This document shows positions 9,283 to 17,816 of a stretch of DNA of 60,931 bases, piece by piece. This DNA comes from Chloroflexota bacterium (lineage in GTDB: Bacteria > Chloroflexota > Limnocylindria > Limnocylindrales > CSP1-4). A program made the translations under genes and the position numbers. The stretch is from contig JAXDKU010000124.1 in the NCBI GenBank assembly GCA_034667005.1, forward strand, positions 1-60,931, written 5' to 3'. Positions within the stretch are counted from its first letter, which is position 1. The number at the start of each line of letters is the position of its first letter. Below the pieces are notes generated by a model. That model ran no database searches and had not been told where the DNA came from. It saw only the letters and a list, made by a program, of their open reading frames with translations.

Positions 9283-10440
9283 GTGCTGAAGCCGGACCAC
9301 GAGCTCATCCGGCAGGCGGTTCGCGGCGTCTGCGCCGGCTTCCCCGGGCCCTACTGGCGGGCCCTCGACCGTGACGGCGCGTACCCGACGGAGATGGTCG
9401 CCGCCCTCACTGCCGCCGGTTGGCTGGCGGTCCTGATCCCCGAGGCGTATGGCGGCTCCGGCCTGGGGATCGCGGAGGCCAGCATCGTGCTGGAGGAGAT
9501 CAATCGCAGTGGTGGCAACGCCGCGGCGTGCCACGCGCAGATCTACATCACGGCCGCCCTCGTGCGGCACGGCAGCGAGGAGCAGAAGCGGCGGTACCTC
9601 GCGCCCATCGCAGCGGGCAAGCTCAGGCTCCAGGCCTTCGGCGTCACGGAGCCGAACGCCGGTTCCGAGACGACCCGGATCGAGACGAGAGCCGTGCGCG
9701 CGGATGACGGCTACGTGATCAACGGGCAGAAGATCTGGACCTCGCGCGCCGCCCACTCCGATCTGCTGCTGCTCCTCGCGAGAACCACGCCGTACGCCGA
9801 GCTCGAGGACAAGACCCGCGGCCTGTCGCTGTTCATCGTGGACCTGCGCGCGGCGGTGGCCGCAGGGCAGATCGAGATCCGGCCCATCGAGACGATGCTC
9901 AACCACGCGACCACGGAGCTCTTCATCCGCGATCTCCGCGTCCCCTTCGAGGACCGCATAGGCGACGAGGGGATGGGCTTCCGGTACATCCTCGATGGCT
10001 GGAACGCGGAGCGGATCCTCATCGCCGCCGAATGCGTCGGCGACGGCCGCTGGTTCGTCGATCGTGCGGCCGCCTACGCGAAAGAACGCGTCGTGTTCGA
10101 TCGTCCAATCGGCCGGAACCAGGGCGTCCAACTGCCGATCGCGAAAGCGCACGCCGCGGTGGAGGCGGCGGACCTGATGCGGCGGAAGGCGGCGGATCTC
10201 TACGACGAGGGAGCGAGCTGCGGCGCGGAGGCGAACATGGCCAAGTACCTGGCCGCGGAGGCAAGCTGGGAGGCGGCGAACGTGTGCCTGGACACGCACG
10301 GCGGCTTCGGCTTCTCGCGCGAGTACGACGTCGAGCGCAAGTTCCGCGAGACACGCCTGTACCGCGTCGCACCGATCAGCCAGAACCTCGTGCTGGCGTA
10401 CATCGGCCAGCACGTTCTCGGGCTGCCGAGGTCGTACTGA
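9283..10440 (+). CDS. Acyl-CoA dehydrogenase
   Basis: IPEAYGGSGLG, FGVTEPNAGSET, INGQKIWTS, HGGFGFSREYDVERKFRE. Confidence 0.93.
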   Translation: MLKPDHELIRQAVRGVCAGFPGPYWRALDRDGAYPTEMVAALTAAGWLAVLIPEAYGGSGLGIAEASIVLEEINRSGGNAAACHAQIYITAALVRHGSEEQKRRYLAPIAAGKLRLQAFGVTEPNAGSETTRIETRAVRADDGYVINGQKIWTSRAAHSDLLLLLARTTPYAELEDKTRGLSLFIVDLRAAVAAGQIEIRPIETMLNHATTELFIRDLRVPFEDRIGDEGMGFRYILDGWNAERILIAAECVGDGRWFVDRAAAYAKERVVFDRPIGRNQGVQLPIAKAHAAVEAADLMRRKAADLYDEGASCGAEANMAKYLAAEASWEAANVCLDTHGGFGFSREYDVERKFRETRLYRVAPISQNLVLAYIGQHVLGLPRSY

Positions 10441-10445
10441 CCGCC

Positions 10446-11645
10446 ATGCGCGGCGCGGCGGACGGGGCGGCCGGGGCGGCCGGAGACCAGGCGCCGCGGC
10501 CGATGCCGCTCGCCGGCGTTCACGTGGTCGCCCTGGAACAGGCCGTCGCGGCGCCCCTCTGCACCCGGCACCTGGCCGACCTCGGCGCCGACGTCATCAA
10601 GATCGAACGGCCGGGCGGCGGCGACTTCGCGCGCGCGTACGACTCGGCGGTCCTGTCGCAGTCCGCGTACTTCGTGTGGCTCAACCGAGGCAAGCGCAGC
10701 GTGACCCTCGACGTCCAGTCGGACGGAGGCCGGGCCGCGCTCGACGGACTTCTCGACCGTGCCGATATCTTCGTGAGCAACCTCGGCCCGGGCGCCGTCG
10801 GACGGCTCGGGCTGGACGAGGAAACGCTCGCGCGCCGATGGCCGCGCCTGATCTCCTGTGCCATCAGCGGGTACGGCGCCGACGGCCCGTATCGCGACCG
10901 GAAAGGCTTCGACCTGTTGCTCCAGGGCGAGAGCGGCCTGACCGCGACGACCGGCACGGCCGACGCCCCCGCCAAGGTCGGCATCTCGATCGCGGACATC
11001 GCCGCGGGCATGTACGCCCTCTCGTCGATCCTTGCCGCGCTCCGGGATCGGGACGCGTCGGGCAGGGGCGCGAGCATCGACATCTCGATGCTCGACTGCC
11101 TGGCGGAGTGGATGATGGTGCCCATGTACCTGGAGATGTACGGCGGCGGAGCGCCACCGCGATCCGGGATGCGGCACGCGTCGATCGTGCCGTACGGCCC
11201 CTTTGCGGTCGCGGACGGGTCCGTGAACCTGGCGGTCCAGACGGACGGGCAGTGGCGCAGGCTGTGCGCGTCGGTGCTGGACCGTGCCGCGCTCGCGGAC
11301 GATCCGCGCTACGCGACGAACGAGCTGCGGGTGCGCAACCGCGCGACGCTGGAGCCGTTGATCGAGGGGCTTCTCGCCGTTCAGGAACAGGCCGAGGTCA
11401 CGGCCCGGCTCGAGCGTGCGGATGTGCCGTTCGGAGCGGTCAACACCGTCGCCGGCCTCGTGGGGCATCCCCAGCTGACGCAGCGAGAACGCTGGTTCGA
11501 GGTGGATTCGGAGGGCGGGCCCGTGAGGGCGCTCATTCCGCCGTTCGGCATTCGTGGAGTCCCCGTTCGGGCCGGCACGATCCCCTCGGCGGGGCAGCAC
11601 ACCGACGAGGTCATGGACGAGCTGCGGGAGGATGGCCGTGGTTGA
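10446..11645 (+). CDS. Family III CoA-transferase, itaconate CoA-transferase-like (start may be 10503)
   Basis: LEQAVAAPLCTRHLADLGADVIKIERPGGGDFARAYD, WLNRGKRS, GISIADIAAGMY. Confidence 0.88.
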   Translation: MRGAADGAAGAAGDQAPRPMPLAGVHVVALEQAVAAPLCTRHLADLGADVIKIERPGGGDFARAYDSAVLSQSAYFVWLNRGKRSVTLDVQSDGGRAALDGLLDRADIFVSNLGPGAVGRLGLDEETLARRWPRLISCAISGYGADGPYRDRKGFDLLLQGESGLTATTGTADAPAKVGISIADIAAGMYALSSILAALRDRDASGRGASIDISMLDCLAEWMMVPMYLEMYGGGAPPRSGMRHASIVPYGPFAVADGSVNLAVQTDGQWRRLCASVLDRAALADDPRYATNELRVRNRATLEPLIEGLLAVQEQAEVTARLERADVPFGAVNTVAGLVGHPQLTQRERWFEVDSEGGPVRALIPPFGIRGVPVRAGTIPSAGQHTDEVMDELREDGRG

Positions 11646-12150
11646 GCCGACGCCAGGCTGGGCGGGGCGCTGCCTCGAGGACTTCGCGGTCGGAGAGGTC
11701 TACCGGCACCGGCTCGGCCGCACGATCCTCCCGGTCGACAACAGCTGGTTCTCCCAGCTGACGATGAACACCAACCCCGTCCACGTCGACCACCACTACG
11801 CGGCCCAGACCGAGCTCGGCCGCGTGCTGGTGAACTCGTGCTTCACGCTGGCGCTCGTGACGGGGCTCAGCGTGTCCGACGTCAGCCAGAACGCCGTCGC
11901 CAACCTCGGCTGGGACGAGGTGCGCTTGCCGCATCCCGTGTTCGAGGGCGACACCCTCTACGCACAGAGCGAGGTGCTCGAGGTGCGGCCGTCCACGTCC
12001 AGGCCGGCCGCCGGAATCGTGCGCGTCCGGACGAGCGGGTACAACCAGGACGGCCAGGTGGTCATCACATTCGAGCGCACGGTCATGGTCCACCGGCGCG
12101 ACGCCCTGCCGGAGCCGCCGGCCCCGAACCTGTCCGACCCGGGCCGGTGA
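11632..12150 (+). CDS. MaoC-family dehydratase (itaconyl-CoA hydratase/RipB-like)
   Basis: GRCLEDFAVG, DNSWFSQLTMNTNPVHVD, ANLGWDEVRLPHPVFEGDT. Confidence 0.88.
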   Translation: MAVVEPTPGWAGRCLEDFAVGEVYRHRLGRTILPVDNSWFSQLTMNTNPVHVDHHYAAQTELGRVLVNSCFTLALVTGLSVSDVSQNAVANLGWDEVRLPHPVFEGDTLYAQSEVLEVRPSTSRPAAGIVRVRTSGYNQDGQVVITFERTVMVHRRDALPEPPAPNLSDPGR

Positions 12151-13286
12151 GCTCGACCGGCGGGGCCGGAGGGCTCCCGCTGCGGTACTGGGCGGTGGAG
12201 GCGGTCTTCTCCACGCCCGCGAACGAGCCGGCCGTGGCGCGTAAGGCGATCGAGCGGCGGACCGACGGGATGCAATCGCTGCTCGAGCGGTACGTCGTGA
12301 CGCGGGCCGAACTGGCCGCGCGCCTGGACGTCCCGGTCGCGGCGCTGGCGGAGCTGATCGAGCAGCCCCGGGCCGCGTCGGCGGTGATGATCGACGGCGA
12401 GGATGCGGTGGCGGCGGACGCTGCGTCGGCGTCCCGCCACGCGCTCGCGGCGAGCGACGTGCTGACCGGCGCCGCCTGGCCGGAGATGACCCTGCGTTTC
12501 TGGCGTCCGGCGGCGGCTGGGGGTGAGGATCTCGTCCCTCCGTCCGGGTCACTCGACGCGGTCGTCCTGCCAAAGGTCAGCCGGCCCGACGAGGTGCGTG
12601 CGGCCGGGAAGGCGCTTGCGGCGGTCGAGGCCCGCCGCGGCATGAGCCCGAACGCGATCCGGGTCTGCCTGCTCGTGGAGACCGCGCGCGCTCTGGCCGG
12701 CCTCATGCCGCTGGTCGACGCGGCCGGGGAGCGGCTCTGTGCCGTCATGTTCGGGTCGGCCGATTACGCCGCGGACCTCGGCCTGACGGCGGGCACCGGC
12801 GAGGCACAGATGGCCTGGGCGGCGGGCACGATCGTCAATGCCGCCGCGGCCGCGGGCGTGCCGGCGATCGCCCCGATGACCGTGGACTTCCCCGTCGGCC
12901 GTCCGGGTGAGACGGCCGCCGCAAGCCGGGGGCACGTTCTCTCCGCGTTGGAGCGCGTGCATCGAGACGCGTTGCGTGCTGCCGAGTCCGGTATGGCCGG
13001 GAAGCTCGTCGGCCACCCGGCGCAGCTGTTCGCGGTGCTGCTCGCGTTCGGACGGGCCGGGACACCGGATGTGCTCGAGGGTCTTGCGGCGGACGTCGAG
13101 GCGTATCAGGTGGCGCTCGCCGACGGTCGCGGCGTGCTGGCACGGGACGGCCGCATGATCGACCGCGCGACGGACCGTGCCGCGCGGAGCGTCCTCCGCC
13201 GAGCCGTCGCCAACGGCCGCTTCGACGCGGGCCGCGCCGTGCATCTGGGGATCGTCGCGGCCGAGGATCTGCTGCCGAAGGGTTGA
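12147..13286 (+). CDS. CitE/HpcH-like acyl-CoA lyase (citramalyl/malyl-CoA lyase family), divergent
   Basis: DGEDAV, VVLPKV, LVETARA, FGSADYAADLG, GKLVGHPAQ, DGRMID; GTG overlaps upstream stop. Confidence 0.8.
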   Translation: MSSTGGAGGLPLRYWAVEAVFSTPANEPAVARKAIERRTDGMQSLLERYVVTRAELAARLDVPVAALAELIEQPRAASAVMIDGEDAVAADAASASRHALAASDVLTGAAWPEMTLRFWRPAAAGGEDLVPPSGSLDAVVLPKVSRPDEVRAAGKALAAVEARRGMSPNAIRVCLLVETARALAGLMPLVDAAGERLCAVMFGSADYAADLGLTAGTGEAQMAWAAGTIVNAAAAAGVPAIAPMTVDFPVGRPGETAAASRGHVLSALERVHRDALRAAESGMAGKLVGHPAQLFAVLLAFGRAGTPDVLEGLAADVEAYQVALADGRGVLARDGRMIDRATDRAARSVLRRAVANGRFDAGRAVHLGIVAAEDLLPKG

Positions 13287-13341
13287 GGGTTTGAGGCGCG
13301 GCTGGGGCGCGCCGGTGAGCCGGAGCCGGGGCGGGTGGGGC

Positions 13342-13433
13342 GGGTTTCGGCGCCGACGAGGCGCGGGTTTCGGCGCCGACGAGGCGCGGGTTTCGGCGCC
13401 GACGAGGCGCGGGTTTCGGCGCCGACGAGGCGC
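13342..13433. repeat. Perfect tandem repeat, 4 x 23 bp
   Basis: GGGTTTCGGCGCCGACGAGGCGC at 13342, 13365, 13388 and 13411; no spacers. Confidence 0.95.
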
Positions 13434-13528
13434 GCGCCAACCCGCGGCCGTCGTCGCACCCCCGCTACGCGACTCGACGCATAGGCGCTGGCGCAAGACG
13501 GACGCGCAAGGGCGGCATTCCGGCCGCG

Positions 13529-13559
13529 TATGCACCCAGCGACTGACTCGACCAAGCGG
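13529..13559 (+). repeat. Copy of dispersed ~30-bp intergenic element
   Basis: TATGCACCCAGCGACTGACTCGACCAAGCGG; 25/31 match to 60330-60360. Confidence 0.6.
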
Positions 13560-13901
13560 TATCGCCTGCCTGGCGATCTCAGTCTCCCGACGCATGGATC
13601 GCCCACTCGCCTCGTGGGTCGATGCACTGAGTGCATCGGCCGACCTCGATCCTGGGAGTCTCATGCGCCTGCCGCATGCGTCGGCCATGAGCGCCGTGGA
13701 GTCATTCGCTCGGCGCATACCCATGGGCTCCAAGGGAATCGGCCCGGCCTGTCCGTCGATTCGCATCGGCAGCGTGAACGCAGCCACGGGCGCCAGGGGA
13801 ATCAGGGTGGTGGACGGCGATTGGGGCGGGCGACAGGCGCCGGACCCTGTGCCACGGCCCGTCCAAACCGCCACGGCGGGCGCCGGTCTACCATCCGAGC
13901 C

Positions 13902-14942
13902 ATGACGAAGATCGGCTACGCGGCGATGCTCGAGCAGTTCCACCCCACCGACCTGCTGGATTGGTGCGCCCAGGCGGAGGCCGCCGGGTTCGACGCCGGC
14001 TTCATGGTCAGCGAGCACTTCCAGCCCTGGACGCCGGCCCAGGGGCAGAGCGCGTTCGCCTGGGCGTTCATGGGGGCGCTGGGCACGCGGACGAGCCTGC
14101 CATTCGGCTCGGCGGTCACATGCCCTGGCTTCCGCTACCACCCGGTCGTGATCGCGCATGCCGCGGCCACGCTGGGTGCCATGTTCCCCGGCCGCTTCTG
14201 GCTCGGGCTGGGCGCGGGCGAGGCCCTCAACGAGCACGTGATCGGCGGCTACTGGCCGGAGGTCGGCATTCGCTCGGCCATGCTGTTCGAGGCGATCGAG
14301 ATCATCAACGCGCTGTTCAGCGGCAAGGTGGTGCGCCACAAGGGCGAGCACTTCACCGTGGAGAGCGCGAAGCTCTACACGCGTCCGGACCGGGAGGTGC
14401 CGGTCTACGTCGCGACGGCGGGTCCGCTCAATGCAAAGCGGACCGGGCGGATGGCGGACGGGATGATCACCGTCGGCGCCGCGGACGACAAGATCGAGAT
14501 GCTCTGGGAGAAGTTCGCCGAGGGCGCGTCGGAGTCCGGCAAGGACGGCGGCAGCATGCCGAAGCTGCTCCAGATCCACGTGTCGTGGGCACCGACCGAC
14601 GACGAGGCAATCGAGAACGCGGTCAGGGAATGGCCGAACGGCGGGATGCCCTTCCCCAAGCAGGACATCCGAAACCCCGAGGACTTCGCCGCCATGGCCA
14701 AGATGGTGCGGCCGGAGAACTTCAAGAACCGCGTCCTGATGACCTCGGACCTGGCGCAGCACGTCGCGCACATCCAGCACTACGTGGACATGGGGTTCGA
14801 CGAGGTGCACCTGCACAACGTCGGCCGCAATCAGGCCGAGTTCATCGAGATCTTCGGAAAAGAGGTCCTCCCGAACCTCAAGCTGGACCGCAGCCGGCGC
14901 TCGCAGCCCGCGGCTCCGGCACCCGACTACGCGGGCGACTGA
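13902..14942 (+). CDS. F420-dependent LLM oxidoreductase, glucose-6-phosphate dehydrogenase-like family
   Basis: IGYAAMLEQF, SEHFQPW, RYHPVVIAHAAATL, GLGAGEALNEH. Confidence 0.9.
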   Translation: MTKIGYAAMLEQFHPTDLLDWCAQAEAAGFDAGFMVSEHFQPWTPAQGQSAFAWAFMGALGTRTSLPFGSAVTCPGFRYHPVVIAHAAATLGAMFPGRFWLGLGAGEALNEHVIGGYWPEVGIRSAMLFEAIEIINALFSGKVVRHKGEHFTVESAKLYTRPDREVPVYVATAGPLNAKRTGRMADGMITVGAADDKIEMLWEKFAEGASESGKDGGSMPKLLQIHVSWAPTDDEAIENAVREWPNGGMPFPKQDIRNPEDFAAMAKMVRPENFKNRVLMTSDLAQHVAHIQHYVDMGFDEVHLHNVGRNQAEFIEIFGKEVLPNLKLDRSRRSQPAAPAPDYAGD

Positions 14943-14972
14943 GCCCGCAACCTCCTCGGGCGACGGCCCAAC

Positions 14973-16301
14973 TCAATTCGGCTGGCCAGGCTCATCGGGC
15001 GACGGACGAGGCGCCGAGGCCGCGCCTCCCACGAGCACCTCTGCGAACAGCTGCGCGAACCGTCGCACCTCGGCGAACGTGCTGTAGAGCGGGGCCGGCG
15101 CGACCCGGATGAGGTCGGGCGGACGGTCGTCCACGATCGCACCGGCCGCGGCGAGCCGCCGCTGGACAGCGGCAGCGTCACGCACGCGGATGGACAGCTG
15201 CGCGCCGCGCTCCTCCGGGTCACGCGGCGTGATGATCGGGCGGATCCCGACGGCGTCCAGCTGTGCCTCGAGGTAGGTCGTCAGGCGCATCGATCGCTCG
15301 CGGAGCGCGGCCATGCCGGCCTCCTCGAACAGCTCCAGGGAGGCGCGCAACGGCGCGAGCGCAAGGATCGGGGGCGTGCTCACCAGCCAGCCCGCCGCTT
15401 CCGGCCGGGGCTCGAACGGCTCCCGCATCTCCATCCGTGTCCCGGGCGCGTTGCCCCACCATCCGCCGAGCCTCGGCAGCTCGGCGTTCCGGGCGTGCCG
15501 CTCGTGCACGAACGCCTGACCGACCGCGCCGGGACCGCCGTTCAGGTACTTGTACGTGCACCACACGGCCAGGTCCACGTCCCAGTCGTGCAGCCTGAGG
15601 GGCACGTTGCCTGCCGCGTGCGCGAGGTCCCAGCCAGCGAGCGCGCCGCGTTCCCGGGCCGCGGCGGTGATGCGCTCGATGTCCAGCCGCTGGCCGGTCA
15701 GGAACTGCACGCCCGGCAGCCAGACCAAGGCGATCCGGCGGCCGTCCGCGCGGATTACCGCCTCGATGTCCTCGGTCCGGAGCAGATTCTCTCCGCGGCG
15801 AGCGCCGACGCGGATGATCGTGGCAGCCGGGTCCAGCCCGTGGTGTCGCACCTGCCCCTCGACGGCGTAGCGGTCGGAGGGGAAGGCGTCACGTTCCATG
15901 AGGACGGCATATCGCTCGGGGGTCGGCCGGTAGAAGGTCGCGAACAGCAGGTGCAGGTTGACGGTGAGGCCGTTCATCGTCACGACCTCGTGCGGACTGG
16001 CGCCGACGATGCGGCCGGTCGCGTCGGCCAGCCGCTCCACGGCGGTCAGCCACGGAGCGGGCTCGCGGAACCAGCCGTCGACACCGAGGCGCGACCAGGT
16101 TTCCAGCTCCGCCTCGACCAGCGTCCGAGCGTCGCGCGGCATCGGCCCCAGCGAGTGACCGCACAGGTAGATGAGCGGCGTGCCGTCCTCGCGCCGCGGC
16201 ATCTCGAAGCGATCGCGGAGCGCCGAGAGTGGATCCGCGGCGTCCAGCACGGCGGCGCCTGCTTCGCTCAGGTCCATCAGCCCGTCCGTCGGCGCGCTCA
16301 C
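14973..16301 (-). CDS. kynU: Kynureninase
   Basis: YLCGHSLG, MNGLTVNLHLL, AFPSDRYA, WDLAHAAGN, WCTYKYLNGGPG; GTG 16301 follows TAGGCT box (alternative ATG 16277). Confidence 0.93.
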   Translation of the reverse strand: MSAPTDGLMDLSEAGAAVLDAADPLSALRDRFEMPRREDGTPLIYLCGHSLGPMPRDARTLVEAELETWSRLGVDGWFREPAPWLTAVERLADATGRIVGASPHEVVTMNGLTVNLHLLFATFYRPTPERYAVLMERDAFPSDRYAVEGQVRHHGLDPAATIIRVGARRGENLLRTEDIEAVIRADGRRIALVWLPGVQFLTGQRLDIERITAAARERGALAGWDLAHAAGNVPLRLHDWDVDLAVWCTYKYLNGGPGAVGQAFVHERHARNAELPRLGGWWGNAPGTRMEMREPFEPRPEAAGWLVSTPPILALAPLRASLELFEEAGMAALRERSMRLTTYLEAQLDAVGIRPIITPRDPEERGAQLSIRVRDAAAVQRRLAAAGAIVDDRPPDLIRVAPAPLYSTFAEVRRFAQLFAEVLVGGAASAPRPSPDEPGQPN

Positions 16302-16346
16302 GGCCGCGAGCCTATCAGCGCACCGGGCCTGGGATAGCCTGTGCCC

Positions 16347-17681
16347 ATGACAGGCCAGTCCCTCAGCGTCCGCAGAAAGCGTGCGAAACCCAGGCAGCCG
16401 CAGACACAGAACCGGCTCCTCATCGAGAGCCGCGAGCAACTGCTCTACCTGCTCACGCAGGCCTGCGAGCTCGAGCACGGCCTCATGTGCGAGTACCTCT
16501 TCGCGCAGTGGTCGCTGAAGCGCTCCACGGACGAAGGCGTGACCGAGGCCCAGCTCGAGCGGATCCGCGCCTGGGAGCAGGCGATCGAGGGCGTGGCGAT
16601 CCAGGAGATGCTGCATCTCGCCCTGGCCACGAACCTGCTGATCGCGATTGGTGCGCCGCCCCATTTCGACCGGCCGAACTTCCCGATCCTGTCGGGCTGG
16701 TACCCGCCCGGCGTGCAGATCGCGCTCGTGCCCTTCGGCGAGCGGGCGCTGCGCCACTTCATCTACCTGGAGCGGCCGGAGAACATGGCGCTGGACGACG
16801 CCGAGGGCTTCGCGGCGCTCGACGCGGCGGAGCCGCTCACGGACGGATCGAGCCTGATGTCGGTCCAGCAGGACTGGGCCACCGTCGGCCAGCTGTACCG
16901 GAGCATCGAGGACGGCCTCATTCACCTCGTGGAGCGCGACGGTGAGGACGAGGTGTTCATCGGCTCGCGGCGCGACCAGGCGCGCTGGCAGGCGTTCCGG
17001 TGGGCCGAGATCACGCCCGTGGTCGACCTCGCGTCGGCGCGGGCGGCGATCGACCACGTGGTCGAGCAGGGCGAGGGCGTGCGGGGGGAGTGGCGCACCG
17101 CGCACTTCGGCGTGTTCCTGGGCATCCTCGACGAGCTGCGCGCGATGAAGGCGGCAGATCCGGCGTTCGAGCCCGCGCACGAGGCCGTGCCGGCGTACGT
17201 GCATGCCCTGGATGACGCCGACGCGCCCGTGGCGATCATCCAGGATCCGCGCACGGCCAAGGCCGCGGACCTCTTCGATGCCGCGTACGAGACCACGCTC
17301 CAGGCGCTCGCCCGCTACTTCGTGCACACGTCGGAAAACAACGCACAGGTGGAGCAGCTCGCACGGACCGCGATGCGGATCATGGAGCGGGTGCTCAAGC
17401 CGGTTGGGATCGCGCTGATGACGTTGCCGCTCACCGAGGACCCAGAAGGGCCGCGGGCCGGCCCCGGCTTCACGATCGTCTCGCCGACGTTCTACCTGCT
17501 GCCTCACCGCAACGCCGCGTGGCGGGTGCTGCGGCAGCGCCTCGGCGAGTCCGCGGCGCGCGCACGCGAGCTTGCCGACGAGGGCCTGCCCGCGCTCGCG
17601 GACGTCGCAACCACCCTCGACGAGCTCCAGACCACCGTCGCCGAGCACACACCGGGAGCGGACGCGGACCGCGACGACTGA
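16347..17681 (+). CDS. Stand-alone ferritin-like domain protein (type found at the VioB/RebD C-terminus)
   Basis: ELEH..M..YL.A, QEMLHLAL..NLL.AIG, TVGQLY, VEQGEG, AHFG.F, AGPGF. Confidence 0.75.
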   Translation: MTGQSLSVRRKRAKPRQPQTQNRLLIESREQLLYLLTQACELEHGLMCEYLFAQWSLKRSTDEGVTEAQLERIRAWEQAIEGVAIQEMLHLALATNLLIAIGAPPHFDRPNFPILSGWYPPGVQIALVPFGERALRHFIYLERPENMALDDAEGFAALDAAEPLTDGSSLMSVQQDWATVGQLYRSIEDGLIHLVERDGEDEVFIGSRRDQARWQAFRWAEITPVVDLASARAAIDHVVEQGEGVRGEWRTAHFGVFLGILDELRAMKAADPAFEPAHEAVPAYVHALDDADAPVAIIQDPRTAKAADLFDAAYETTLQALARYFVHTSENNAQVEQLARTAMRIMERVLKPVGIALMTLPLTEDPEGPRAGPGFTIVSPTFYLLPHRNAAWRVLRQRLGESAARARELADEGLPALADVATTLDELQTTVAEHTPGADADRDD

Positions 17682-17816
17682 ACCGAGGGCAGGCTCGGGA
17701 TCCACGCGAGGACTGATAGGGAAATGCAAGCGCACGTCCAGAGGCCTGTCCGATCGGAGGGACTGGCGGCGGACTAGGGTGGCTGCCAACCCACCACCGA
17801 GCCGGGAGGGTCGACC

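Noticed and set aside
13342-13433. 23-bp repeats as a CRISPR array
   Set aside because: The units abut with no spacers, and there are no cas genes
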